Source: Amphiscolops sp. MND2022
Lineage: Eukaryota
Length of the DNA stretch: 64,000 nt
Reading direction: 5' to 3'
NCBI GenBank assembly: GCA_964187785.1
Contig: OZ076409.1
Span: 37,016,001 to 37,080,000, forward strand
The position numbers were made by a program, and so were the translations under genes. Positions 22,014 through 35,981 of this stretch are shown here, piece by piece (the stretch's first letter is position 1; each line of letters begins with the position of its first letter). The notes below the pieces were generated by a model. That model was not told the DNA's origin. It searched no databases and saw only the letters and a program-made list of their open reading frames with translations.

Positions 22014-25000
22014 CTTTATTTTCTAACTGTCACGATAATACGGCACAGGAAAATAGGTGGAAAAAAGCAAACAATTCTGGTAAGTTATGGAACGGTGAAA
22101 ATTAAATATTTGCTCTAAATGTTGGAAATGTTGTTTATGGGACTGTTGTAAGAGAGAATAAATTCGGTGATATTGCAGCTAGCAATTTGGTTGGTCGATA
22201 TCTGCGCAAAATTGTAAGAAATTGGAAGGGATCGCTGCGAGATTGAAAGGAAGGAGGATCTACAAAAAGCAGGAAAGAAGAGCAATCGCTTCAAGAACAG
22301 TTGCAGCGGTAATACCAGCAGTAGTTATAGTAATATTTTCAGTAATAATATTATTATAACCAAGTCAGCAGCGTACACAGATTTGTGACGGAGAAAAGTA
22401 ATGGCAAATATGAGCTGTTTAGGCCAATCTGATGGGAGCTGCCTTCTTTTCCTTTTTTCTTCTCCTTCGCCTTCTACTGATTAAAATCACGGCAAGCGGC
22501 GGAGCAAGCAGTAACAGGAGTAAAAGCTGCAGCAGTTATTACAGTCTGATTACCTCACTCCTCGTTCTTAGTTCCTCCAGTACTGAATACTTTTAGTGGT
22601 GATGGTGGCAACTGCGCTGCTTCTGCTAATGGTGGTGGTATACTACTTGGTGGCGTTACTTGGTACAGCTGATGGCGACGGTAGTTTTGCACCGGTCGGT
22701 GGAGACGAAGAATTTATACTACTCGCGATTGTAGCACCGATTGCAAAATGATAAAGGTGTTCTTTACCGTTGGGATAGATTGAATTAAATAAATAAAAAC
22801 TGAGATGAGCTCAATTGCTGAGCGAGCAGAGGATATATCTTCTTGAAGAAGCTGGGAGAGAAACACACAAGAGAAAGCACAATATAGAATGTAAGGAAAC
22901 GCACACGCACACGCACGGTTTTTCTTTTCACACTTGAGTTTTCTTCTTCTTACGATGAATTTTGATTGAAGGAAAATTGTTTTATTTGAGACAACAACAG
23001 CCAAGACCTTTGGTCATTTTCGTACCACAGAGCAGGAGATAAGAATTTATAAGTAACTTCACAAGCCCACAAATGTAATAGAGGAATACCCAACAAGATT
23101 ACGATTAAGAACTTCTGCAAAAGTAAAAATATAAACAGTAGGACACGTTTTTCTGCACTTGAGGGTTTATGTTCAAGTTGAAAGATGAAAGAGCTTCAAC
23201 CTGAGAACTTGTTCCATCGGTTAAGCAGGGTAGAGGACTGTAGAAGAAGTGTTTGATGTCTGAAACAACACAAAATTATCTCAACTTTCGGAGATAACTA
23301 GTTGTCTGACCGGTCAAACCGACTCCGGTCGAAAACTGCGTCTTGATGAGATGATCAGAAGGATCTCAAGTATGACCAAGTTGCAGAATTACAACTTTAT
23401 ACATTAGTTCAGTATAGGGTAATTTAATTCTGTAATCAAAATTCACTAAAGTAGTTAATAGGAACCATTCACTAGTTCTTCGGCCTGATTTTACGGTGAT
23501 AAAAAGGCACGTTATGTTTTGTTTTTGAGCATGAGGTGTTTCTCAACTAGAAAGCGAAGCGGTAAAATCACAGAGGTTTTTATGGCTTTGAAGTTTCGGT
23601 GCTCTCGGAAAAGTTGAATGAAAGACCCAGCATAGTATGCAACTTTCATTTTCCTTTCATTTTTTCTATGTCCACCTATGTCCAAATGTAAATTATCTCC
23701 CAAATCAAATCATGCCAGAGGACTGAATGACGTTTGAAAAACTTGTGAACTAAACTTCCTCAAATAAATAAATTCCGGAATGAAATCCTTTATATGAGCA
23801 CTTCGCAATTTTGCTTGTTCCTACTTATAAAACAGACAATTTAATTTCGATCTAGTTTTATATAAAGTATAGTTTCGATATAGTTTTATATTTATCCAAT
23901 CAAAGAAAGAGTCGTAGTCCCGAAAAAACTTGTCGGGGCACCTTCTGAAAAACACTCGGTTAAAAAGTGCAACACCGTTTTGCATTGATAATTCTTCAAA
24001 CTAAGAACCTCAAAAACTACTAACTTGAACAATCCATATAGTATAGGAGATTCGATCAATTTATGAAAGTTCTTAGTTCCTGTTCTTTTGTTCCTGAATT
24101 TTAAAACGTATTTAACTGCAAACACGTTTTTCGCAGAAGAGAGCATCTTCAACAAGAATTGATATGAACACAGAGCAAATATACCAAATTACCGGTAAGT
24201 AATGTCAAAACCGGGAAATGTGTTTCGTACTTGCATGTTTTTTTCTTAACACTCCCAAAAAACTGTTTGTGTTGCAAAATTCTTTTGAGATGCTCAATGT
24301 ATGAGTCATTTTTAAATCAAGACATAAGAGAAAATAAATGTTGAAAAAAACTCTTTCACAAATGAAGCTGATTGAATGAGCGCGTTATCCACAGAATACC
24401 ACTACAAAAATGTATGATCGTAAAATATTCATTTGTGGAGAATTTGAACCATGAAAAAAAGAGCCCAGAACCGCCGAATGTTTAAGTTTCGACTGTTTTA
24501 AAGCAAAATTGGTATACTGTTTGAACGCTTTTGTGGGTATTGTTAAAATGTCTAAATCGAGGTTATACCGTATGATGTGTCGGTATCAAAAATGAAACAA
24601 ATGAATCAACTCAAACATGTACAATAATACAATAAAATGAAAATTGATCCAACTAATTAATTTCAGTTTGTTAGCCAACAACTCAATGACTGTTTTCTTC
24701 ATATTGGTGTGACCTTCGCATGTCACATCCCACCTCTGATTAAGATCGGTTGTTTGGGGTATTCGGTGATAACTCCGTATATTACGGTTTACACTGTAGT
24801 TATGTGTAATGGTCCGTCTGATACAGTTTTCTTGTTCCTCACAGTCTGTCTGTGGTCTGGTCTGGTTGCCCTGTAAGACATCACAGTTAGACAGTTGTCT
24901 GTTTTCCTTTTATTGATGTAGTAGGGTACGCTGCCTAGTCTTTAGGATTGTTTTGCAAATGGTAGTCTCTGACTTTTTTTACAGGTACTGTAGGTCCATT

Positions 25001-25624
25001 AGTTATTTGTTCCTAACCTGTACCAGTCTTGAGAGTGACATTGGTTTCTTTTGCGTGAATCTGCAGTCCTCTTGGTTAGTGTGGACTGGTTTTCCATCAT
25101 TATTGTTTAAGAAGTTAAAATCATCGTCAGATATTAAGCGCAAGCCCTGTTCCATTGGCTTTTCAGTAGACTTTAAGGGAGATGTAAACTGTCCTCTCTC
25201 GTTGCGAGGTTCTATTCTTCTCAGCCAGTCTTCGCTCTTTTCGGTATTATATGCTCGTGGCGGCTCTTTTCTACTGTACCCGCAAGATGCCGGTGGTCCG
25301 GTGGTTTTTGAGCATGATGGCTGGTCAAGCGGCCGTCAGTCTGGTACAAATTCGATTTGGTCGGCGTTGCACTGCTCTCAAACACTAGTGGTTGTGATAT
25401 TTGCTTTCAGTGGACTGTTTTTTTTGGTAGTTATCGTATTCGGAACCCGGGACCGTTGTTTGCGGTTTAATGGCAAATTTGCTATAGAGTGAGCACTTTT
25501 TATAGACTTTTTAATGTAAGTGAACAGGTAGTTCTTTTCTCCACTAATACTTATCTAACTCAATGATTTTTTTGGCTGACAATCGTTCGCCTTCTGTATC
25601 TGTCTTTGGTGTCATTCGTTTTCT

Positions 25625-26059
25625 TTTTAGGCGATGCTTTTTGAAGTGAAACACGACTATTAAAGTGACGTTTTTTTTCAATCCACATTAGGTGAAAAAA
25701 ATAGTTCTTGAAAGTTCTACGAAAATTTATGATACCAAAATGAATCCATTTGGGAAAATCATCATCTTTTTCTTCCTTTGTAACATACAATACCGGGAGA
25801 GACCAAAGGGTCCCGCTTTTGGTTTTTTTGACACTGACTTATTTCGAAAAAAAAATTCACCAAAGTGTACCAATCTATTTTTTGATGTTTTGCAACAATG
25901 GATGTTAATAAAGGCAAAAAAATCACCCCGGCGCGCCAATTCGGTCGAAGTTTTTGGGGATTTCAGGTAATGTAGAAGAGAATCCTTCGACAATTTGAAC
26001 TCCTTTGGTTATTTTTGAGCCTCAGATATGGCGCCGACTTAGGCCGATCATGGCTTGTT
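25625..26059 (-). mobile_element. Helentron/DINE-1-like repeat nested in the old gypsy element
   Basis: Reverse complement begins AACAAGCCATGATCGGCCTAAGTCGGCGCCATATCTGAGGCTCAAAAA. The far end resembles 16905-16935. Inserted in a T-rich site. Confidence 0.6.
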
Positions 26060-29000
26060 TTACTTTACCAGAGGGTCGGTGGTTTCACCGGTGGTTATGT
26101 CGACCGAGAAAACTTCTGGAATCGACTAGAACAGCATTTTCTAATATCAATAACTTGTTCTTGGTTTTCATTTAACCTGAATGCAACACAGGGTGGTCGA
26201 AGTACGCTGCGTTTAAGGCTGCGTACAGGAAACTTTTGGGGATGATAAATCTATCATCAACCATGGTATTTCAACACTGGTCCGTCAGTCTCTTTGATCC
26301 CAATTTGCAATCATCTGGGATCTGGTTGAAGTTGTTTTCATCTACGCAGCATTGTAGTGCGATTGGGTACGGATCAGCGGCCGTTTCCTTGAGTAATGTT
26401 TTCAATCTTAGCATGAGTTCTAGTCCCGGCCCATCTAACATCTTCTGGCTGCTTGATCCCGATGGCCATCGCTTCCACAACCCGGTTTGTTCGGACATAA
26501 TCTATTGGTCCACATTTGTTTTCTTGTACGGGATTGGCTTTCGTAAGATGTTATTGGATTTAGGGTGTTGAGGAGACCGTAGAGTCGATGTTTTTAATGG
26601 TCTCCATTAGCGTTTCTGCTGATGTTCCGGGCTTTTATGGGATGGGATCGCTAAAGTCCTTGAGAGAGCCGCCGACGTTTGTGTCTCCACTCTTACTTCC
26701 GTTTTGGGCAAAAGTCGATGCGTTTGATTTATCTACGTTCTCCATTTCTCCGTTGTCCATGATCCCCGGGATAAGGATTTCTAGATCCAGTTCTTTATGC
26801 CATTGATAGCGCATGTTAGCGGGTTTGGCAAGTTCGATTCTTCTGTAGACTAATTCTTGCGTCTCAGTGGATTGGTCTGTTTGATCGATTCTTCCTCTAA
26901 TCGTGTCGTCAGCGACACATTGGGTTTTGAGTTTACCATCTGTGGGAAACTTGTTCGGATTCTGTGGGGTATGGATGTTACTATCGCTCATTTTGTCAGA
27001 AGATATTTTTCATCTTTGATAGTAAGTTTGAATTAATTCGCTATCAAGTGTGAAACTGTATGGCGGCTGTTAAACTGGCATCGGCGGGTATCAGTTTGCG
27101 TGCGCGTTTCATGAATGTTTGATGTCTTGTCCGTGATAGCTTTTACTGATTGGCTGAAAATTTGTCCGATGCGGCAATTGACCGTTGCTAGTGGCGCGAT
27201 GACGTTGATTACAAAATCGACTTTGTATTTTTCTCCCGGTTTCAAAACTTCGGCAGGTTTCCGGCTGGTAAACTTGTTGAATATGATTTTTTTCGTGCTA
27301 TGTATTTCAGATCGAAGTGGTTTTATATGCCTTGCCGTCGAGTTAGTCTGGCACTGTATTGTTTATTTGTTTTAGTTTTCTTCAGGAACGGTTCCAGAGC
27401 GTATTGATCGGAGAACAATTGGAACTGTCTGTATAAAAGAAATCTAAAATGTTCCAACCCAAAGTCACCGCTAATAGTTTATCGACAGAATGTTTCTTTT
27501 CTGCTTCATTCAAATAGCGACTGGCCAAGGTTATGGTTTTAAGTTTCCATTATCTTGTTGTTGCCATAGCAATGTTTCAAGACCAGTGTTGCTAGTGTCC
27601 GTCGTGACGTTATTTTCTTTGTTTTCGTGTTAGTGTGCAAGGCGTGGTTATGATGTTAATTTTCGTTTTCATTTTGTTGAGGTTGATGTTCCGTTCTTCC
27701 GTTTGATCTCCTTTGTTCCTTTTCTCATTACTGGTCTCTTGTTGCCCGTACTTTCGATTAGGTCTGATATATTATTTGCGAAATTTTGAATTGCTCCCAA
27801 AAAAGTTTTCAAAGTTTTGGTGTTCGTCGTGGGGTTTAGGCTCTTAGCTGCGTCGGTTTCTTCTTTCATTTTCATTTAATTTTGTCCTGTGAGATTGCAT
27901 GTCCCAGCCATACCGCTTCCTTTTGGTAGATTTTTGATTTCGTTTTGCCTGCTCTGTACCTTTCGTTTTCTTTTTTTTGTGAGTACTGATTTTAGTTTTT
28001 GATGTGTTGTTGTTTCGCACCGCGTTTCCCAAAATTTTTATACAATCATACGGCCGAGTATGCGGCCTATTTGTTCTTGAATTACTGTTTGTCTATCGAC
28101 AGCACCGTTAAACCCCTTTAGGTAGCGGTGGTACGTTGGTTTCTCTTCCGTCACAGTGTTCCGGGAGCTAGTTTCAATTTTCCGTAAGCGAAGTCTAGAT
28201 CTTTAGCCGACATCCAGATTGGGTTGGTGTCGTTTTTTGACAATTCTGAGGATGATTGGCATGTATTGTCTTTTGTTTATGCAGCTCTTGTTCATTTTGC
28301 TGGCATGCAGTGCAAATTCGACAGATGTGTTTTTTTCAACTCTTAAAACTACGGGCGATACGAAACAGTCTTGCTCGAATGCTTTCAATCTTTCTATTCG
28401 ATTTGATTAGTCGGTCTAGTTTGAATTTTTTTACGTCACCTTGTAAATGGCATGGCGTCGGTCGCGTTTTCTGTTGTTTTCGGGAGCATTCCGACGTTAA
28501 TTGTATTTTTAAGTCGGTGTTCTTGATTATGTGGTTTATTTTCAATGAATTGCGAACTTTTCAATGATTTGCGAAATTTTCGATGAGTAATTTCTGATTG
28601 ACTTCTCTTCGTACAAAAACTTTGTTTACGGAAATTGGTTATATTTTCAGCTATTTTACTTCAAGCAAGGGTGTGATATTGTATCTTTTGGTAAATAGCA
28701 GTGATAGTATTGTCGTTAGTTTTTTGAATACCGTGATCACCCCAATTTTCCCACAGCTATAATTTTTTTTCACATCCTCAAACCTTTTTGTCAGAGGTTG
28801 GATATCCATTGTGTTGTACAGGGTTTGGTTGTTAGGCAGAATTGTGACCGGAGAGCTGATGTCGATGGAAAAAATCTGTTTCTTCCCGTTTAGTTTACTT
28901 TAACGCCATTTTCTTCATTGTTGTCTGGCTGGTAGTATATTGTTAGTTTTTTTAGGATATGGTGTGTTTCTGCAGGTTCGTTTTTTTCCTCTGCTTTTTC

Positions 29001-29227
29001 TTCTTGTTCTTCAGAATTTGCGTCTTTAAGGTGGTTTATTTTTTTCGTGCCGTTTTTGTCCTATTTGTTTCAGCATATCCGTGCAAAAGGCCTTATGTTC
29101 TGGTAATTGTTACAATTCATCTTTGTTGCCGGGCATTTGTGTTGTAGTGTCGAATTTTGTTTTCTGCAGAATCTTCAGTCGTTCTATTGTTTGCGTCAGA
29201 CTTCCGTAAACTTTGTTTTTGATCTCT

Positions 29228-29888
29228 TCTGCGAACACTATATGCCAAAACAAAACACTTACCACAGCCGAGAAATTTTCTTCTGGGTGAAACAAGAGGT
29301 TGGCGAAATACCCGAAGAAAACTGGAAAACACTAACACCATCGGAAACAAGCTCTGTCACTTCAAAAAGATAAAACAAGACCTACTCGAGGCGTCTCATC
29401 AATAGTAAAACTGACAAAAGTATCCAGCAAAAAATAATACGTGGAAAAACCCTGAAAATCAAATCCGTGGAACTTATCACCCAAAGCAATCACGAACAAC
29501 GACACACTTCTACCATACCTCCCGCACTTCTGATATATACATATGTAATTAAATTTATATTATAATTATATTTGTATAAATATAAGAAGTGCGGGAGGTA
29601 TGGTAGAAGTGTGTCGTCGCTCGTGATTGCTTTGGATGATAAATTCCACGGATTTGATTTTCATGGATCTTTCACGTATTATTTTCTGCTGGAAATTTTT
29701 GTCAGTTATACTAATGATGAGTCGCCTTGAGTAGGTCTTGTTTTATATCTTTGAAGTGACAGAGCTTGTTTCCGATGGTGTTAGTGTTTTCCAGTTTTCT
29801 TCGGGTGTTTCGTCAATCTCTTGTTTCACCCAGAAGAAAACTTCTCGGCTGTGGTAAGTGTTTTGTTTTGGCATATAGTGTTCGCAGA
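29228..29888. repeat. Inverted duplication with ~304-bp arms and an almost purely A/T spacer
   Basis: 29228-29531 is the reverse complement of 29585-29888 with scattered mismatches. The ORF track shows the peptide CEHYMPKQNTYHSRE..FWVKQE on both strands. Confidence 0.92.
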
Positions 29889-31632
29889 GTAGTAGCAGCA
29901 ATCTGTCGGTTTTGGGTGTGTCAATATCCGTATTCAATTCACTTTATTTGGTTATTCCGATGCTGACGGTCCCAGATGAGGTCTGGTCTGATTTGTTTTT
30001 TTTTTCATCCATCTTTCACCCATTGGTAATCTTTCATCCGTTAATATCTGATTGATATCGATGTTGTGGATTCTTTCGACGTAGTTCCGGAATCTTTTAG
30101 GCCATTATATCGGTGTATGAAGATTCTTACTGTCTAATCCAGTATCTTTCAGGTATGGTAACTGTATGTTGTTCGTGGTTGTCATGTTTGGTTGCCTTTT
30201 CGGTCAGACAAGTTTGTTACAAGTTCGCTAATTGAATACGCTCTTTCAGACTGTGCTACGTTAAGAGCTCTAAATCTATGTCAAAACGGATGATGTGTCC
30301 AAATAGTTTCAACTGTAGTTCACTGTTTCTTTTTTAATTTTTAAACAAGTACATCAACTCAAATATGTACATCATTACCACAATTTAGATCACAATTGAG
30401 TTAGACAACAACTCTATAACTGCTCTTCTTAATAAAGGTGTGACCTTCACATACCACAAGTAAAAGTGTCCAGCAAGTTCAACTACTGTTTTTTAATGGG
30501 ATAAAGATTGAATATTTTGACTGTTCCATTCAATTTTGGGCACTTTCAATACGCAATGGGATTGTTTTTGGAAGTCTTTGAAGAACATTACTCAGAATAA
30601 AACTTTGAACTTTTTCGTGCAATTTTGCTAATTTTTGAAATTTTTCGAGAACATGGAACTCAACAGAGTGCAACGAGCATTGAATTAGATTCTCAAATCT
30701 TTTTAAAGGGAAATTAGAAGATTATTGTTTGAAAATGCATTGAAATACCACAAAAAGGCAAGTTTCTATTAGCAAAATGCCTTAATTCAACAATAGAAAG
30801 GAATACTATTCGATAAGAATATCCGAAATTTCGTTAACGATTAGTGTCTGAAAACAAATAAAACTGTCAAAAGCTAAACGTGGTAAAAACTTTTTGTGTG
30901 ACGCACTGAAAACGTTAGTTCATTGGAAAAAATCCCGATCAAACGCGTTTTTAGTTGCGCTATATTTGAAAATGTGCTCAACTAATACCTTGACTAGTTT
31001 TTTCTCCTGACTACTGAGCTCGCACTGAAATACTCACCTTTTGCAGACTCCAAACCTGAGATTAATGGTATACACAAGCAGGCCAAGGAGAATAAAGTTT
31101 GATAACTTTCGAAGTTTTCATAGTTTTACCGTTTCCTTAAAGCTACCTAAACAAAAACGGGAAATTCAAAGAAAAGATTTCCTTTCAAAAGCTACTGGAA
31201 TAGTTGGAAAGCTGGAAAGTACTTTCACTTGGCTTAGTGGATTTCTCATTGTTGTGCGTTCCACTGACTGTACGTGCCTTTGAGTCCTGCGGTATACCAA
31301 ATGTTTTAGAGCTTGTATAGATAGAAAAAAGATAACAAGGACCCCTTCCATTTTTTCGACCCTAGGACTCTTTCGTTGAACTTCTTACACTGAAGGGACC
31401 CTCTTTTTAACTTAGCAGATGTCCCAGGCGTCCGTCTAAGATGGGAACATGTATTCAATCTGCCATGATTACAAGAAAGCACAGCCTTACACAATCCCGT
31501 TAAACTAAAACTGACAAGTAAAAAACTGTTTGCACTATTTTAAAAGTCATGTAAATCTTAAATTTTACTTTATGATGTGATTCATATTATGTAATCACAT
31601 AAAGAATTAGTATACTGGCGCTAATATTATGA

Positions 31633-32602
31633 TGTAAGTTAATTGGACACCAAGGCGTACAGGTAAAGGCAACGCGTTCAAATGTTTCCTCGCCTGTCGC
31701 CTTGGTCCGCAAGTCCGAATAGTTCGCTAGCCAATCAGAGCGCAGTATTACTTTCACTTGTTGCTGTACTGTATTATTTATTTAGAGGACTGGACGGCCA
31801 TATGCCGCCTGTCAACAAAGCGCTAGTCCGCTCGTGTCGATTGGACACTGAGTCCGCAGTTAAATTAAAGGCGCTAACCAGTAAGTATTATTGCTTACCT
31901 AATTGATGAAGCTTTGATTACCTGCAAAATACATAATTAGTCCCAAAAGGACTCATGAACGATGCTAGACTGAGTGCTATTACTTGCAGTTCTATGAAAA
32001 GCAGTTAAATGTTGAAACGCATGTAATCTGTTCTATTTCATACATGGATGCTGTTTATTGCATTTATGAACTCATTGGCTTCCCGCCATAACACCCGACA
32101 GGGGAGTCCTTTGAAGTGAGTGACATCATGATGATGCTATTGTTGCTATTTATAGCTGCGTCTATATTTAGAAAGCCCTTAAGGCTATTTTTAGCTCATG
32201 ACTGTTGAAATACTGAATGTCATGTAAATTTATGTATATATAGCCGGGTCACGTAGCCCCGGGGAGACAATTATTCTGATAACGTTACAAACAGTTTGTT
32301 AAAACAATTCGAACAAACCCTTTTGCAAGCTTGAGAACTTAATTTAAATTCTTACCTCTTGCAACAGTCTGATTAGTCAAATAAATAGGGCCATTACAAC
32401 CGCTATAGCTGAGAGAGTTATCCCAGAGATTCAGAACATTGCTAACTCAATGTCCTCCACAGGGCACAGGGACACTGAGGCCAGTTTGTCCCTAATAGTC
32501 AGGAAAACAGGGAAGGTGCATTTGGGCCTAAAATAAAGATTGCGAAGACGGATTCACGATCTGTAGGTGATTTGAGAGATACCACAGGTCAGGGTTCTTA
32601 CA
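31633..32602 (+). mobile_element. Probable solo LTR (970 bp)
   Basis: Termini TGTAAG...CTTACA, a CCAAT motif (~31731) and TATATATA (~32236). GC content is higher than in the flanks. No matching TSD. Confidence 0.5.
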
Positions 32603-33509
32603 GCAGAAGCAAAGGGTTTTGCAATCATAGCGGGCCGCTTAGCGTTTTCCGGCAATGTGTGAATTATTTATCCAAGACTTTTTGTATGCTGAAAATGTGT
32701 TTTTTTTGTTAAGGAATAATGTTTTCCGAGTCTTGGTGACTTCTTTGGTTATTTTTGGTCCAGACCTTTGGTTTTTTTGGCTCTGTGCGACTTTTCTTTT
32801 CAAGAGAGGTTTGTTGTTTTGTTTTCATTGTTGCTTTCAGTTTATAAAATTCGCTTTTGAGCCTAAGGGTGAGGTGCCAAGTAATTTGAACCCAAGTAAT
32901 TTGGTCATTGTCGGTTTTTCCCAACAAAAAGTTTCCAGTTTAATAACGAATTAGAGTTTGCGATATTTTTTGGAAGTAAGCGAAGCATATCGCATTGTAA
33001 CTGCGCCTCTTGTTTTTAGTTAGAGCAAAACGTCTCAACTATTTAAAGGGTCCCCTTCCAGGTTTTCAGCATTATGTGCTTTTTTGGAATGTTGATTTTG
33101 AAAAAAAAACAATTTCCACCTATTTTGGGTTTTTTCTATTGTTTGTGAGATTCTTCTTTAAACTCCCAGCGAATATATTAAAAAAATTGAGCTGACTTTA
33201 GATGTTCTCGATTACAGGGTACCTGTTTTCCTTTATAATCATCAGTTGTAGAACTTGCAAAGGTTTACGTATGAAATGCGTACACTTGAAATGTAACCGT
33301 CTGTGTTTTATCCGAAGGGTATACATTATAACGTTATTTGATATTAGGATCTTGAAATATGAAAAGTTTACTCCTTTCTTTCAGGAGGTTTTCTCTGCGG
33401 GCCAACTCATACAGCAACAACTCATATGAATCAAAACTCATATCAGAAATTTAACTCCTATATTAGAAAAAAACCTGGGGTGTATTGATTTCACGATCTG
33501 AGTTTTCTG

Positions 33510-34605
33510 CTCTGGTTGAAAAAAATGCATTTTTTACACGGAGCTGGCAAGATTTTTTTGCAAGATCTTGTAAGATAATGCATTTTTCGCAACACATCTT
33601 CTAGTATCTTGCAAGGAAAAACTTCCTTTGATGATTCTCACTAAGAGAAAAAATTACTCGAAAGAATCCTTTTAAAGAAAACATTTGCATGCAAGGTTCT
33701 TGAAAGGAAAAGCATTCAAGTGCAAGAATGTCGACAAGAAAGAATTTTCTTGCATAACTTATGACTTTCGCCATTCTTTGGAAAGACACGTCCAAGAGGA
33801 ACAATTATCTGTTTTTTAACCTTTCTGGCTAATGCTTTCAAAATCTTTTAACCTAATCAAAATCTTTCAACTTGATTACTTCTTCGAAGTAAACTTTAAA
33901 GTGAAAAACATCAAACTTATTGAAAGATGTTCGAAAACAATTGAGCCGCTGAACGAAAACTGGACTGGATTAAATTGGTGGCTTCGATACTCATGGAGAG
34001 CTGTAGAGGCGAACGCAATAGAAATTTCTCAAAAAGGTTCAATAAACGTCAAAAGTATCATAGAAACATTTTCAACGTCATCATAGATAGTCAATTAAAC
34101 TGTTTAGCGATGTAATTGAAGAACTTTAGAAAATTTCAAAGGAATCTTAGAGTTTGCAAAAATACGGTGCTTTTTCCGGGTATTTCCCCAATTTGGATCC
34201 TATTCAATAGAAAAAGAACGGTAGAATTGCAAACCGTAGAATTGCAGTTTGACTGTCTCCAAATCGTTTTTCTTCCAAGTTCGTATTTTAGTTGTTTCTC
34301 GTGTTTGTATTTGGTCTTTCGCTTTTCACTTGTTTTTAGGTTATTTTCCAAAACTTAACGGGGCGCTGACTTGAGACCTTCTCGTCTCATTTGGTCTTTG
34401 TTCATGCTGGGATGAATTTCTCAAGTTTGTTACACTGCCTAAAAAGTTCTAAGTACTTTCAAGGAAACATTTCCGCCGCGAACATCATGCAAAGGAAACT
34501 TTTACTTTCAACAGCCTACAAAGAAAACAAGGATCTCTCAAGTAATGAGTTTCCTGCAAGAATCTTGCAAGATCTTTGCTAGAAATGCATTTTTGTCAAC
34601 CAGGG
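33510..34605. mobile_element. CCC-terminated MITE with TCTTGCAAGA palindromic subterminal repeats
   Basis: TIRs CTCTGGTTGAAAAAAATGCATTT (33510 onward) and AAATGCATTTTTGTCAACCAGGG (to 34605). Many (TC)TTGCAAG(A) copies near both ends. Confidence 0.75.
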
Positions 34606-35981
34606 TAGAGGTAAATCTTGTGAAAAGGAAATTGGATAAAAATGAAGTTTAAGTGCAAAGGCACACGTGATACTTGGAATTAGATAGTGTGCAAGTTGAG
34701 TTGCTAATGGCGAATGACATATTCTTTAGATCATGTAAATGTAAGTATCAGCATGTATTTCCCAAATAAGATCTTTCGATAGAAAAGTTTGATTCCTAAG
34801 TGTCATGCATTGAACATGTGTAACTTTCAACGACTTTAGCGTCACAAATGTTTTGCATTCATTTAAGAGTTTGTGCTGATGAAATGGATGTATTCGTTGC
34901 TTGTGGTAAAAGCTCATCGGAAACAATACGCAATACCCATATTGAGCACTCCTTGCGACTCTGTACAGATCAGATTTGTTAAAAGTTACCATCCAAAATG
35001 ACCAATAAACAACTATGACGTCTTCCAAGGTACCAACAATTACTAAACCTACTCCAACAAACCATTTTCCCGTAGCATTGCAGCAACATTCTGGAAAGTT
35101 CAAGTGAATTGAATGAATTACCGTATATAACCAATCCCGAAAAATTGATGAAACAAATCTCTCAAGATATTGAAAATCATGTTGAGCTGAACATTGCGAT
35201 TACTTTTAGTGTTCATCGGTAGAAAATATTTTCCCTGCTTGGATTTTTTCAAAGTTTCATGCAGAATTTTTCCAACGTGAACAAAAAAAACTTAAGCTAC
35301 CTGATTGTTCAAGCAATTCCAAATATCGGCTTTTGAGGTATTTTCAATCACATTGAATAAAGTTCAAGTTTATTCTTCAAGTGAAAGTTATATTTTGTTT
35401 CTACAAAAGTGAATGTTGTTGCCCATAGGAATGTTCTTGATAGCAAAAAGGCTGATAACTGAAAAACTGAGACAGTAACTGTTTGGATCTCTAACGTGAA
35501 ATCAGTCTACTAATTGAAAAACTACATCAAAGCCTAAACAATTGTCTACAACTGATACAACTATTCAACAGTTGTTTCCATACTTGAGTACAATAACAGC
35601 TTGATCTTCAAACGGTTGCGCGTTGAGTATCTTTTTTCGCAAGCATTGAAGTCTTGAGCTGCTCAAGTAGCAAATGGTTTTTAAAAGCATAAAGCGTTCG
35701 AAACCAAACACTCCTCCATCTTTTCATTCCATAAAAGTTAGCACGGCAAATTTTCAATTTATAAATTGATGCAATTTCATAGCAGGGACAACACGAACGG
35801 TTGAAGCGGATTAATTCATTACGTAATTGCGTAATAAATGATGGTTGCTGGGACAAAGACCGATTTTCTCGACGATTTCATAGACACTGAGTGACAAGCA
35901 ATCACGTACTTTTACTGTTGATGGGTTAATCAAAATCAATCGATGAAAAGTTCGACCGAAATTCGTTGATGTTTGACATGA

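Larger units (their letters stand above)
24542..30458 (-). mobile_element. Old, heavily degenerate Ty3/gypsy LTR retrotransposon
   Basis: Diverged direct repeats at about 24542-24727 and 30260-30458 (...GGTGTGACCTTC..CACA). Minus-strand PPT AGAGGTGGGA abuts 24727. Remnants of protease (IDISSPVTI, ~28850), RT (CFVSPVV..., ~28350; KTLKTFLGAIQ, ~27800) and Gag. Left boundary approximate. Confidence 0.75.

Noticed and set aside
34726..35103. 125-aa hydrophobic ORF as a host exon
   Set aside because: Non-ATG start, no recognisable family and no convincing splice sites; it cannot be supported without transcript data.
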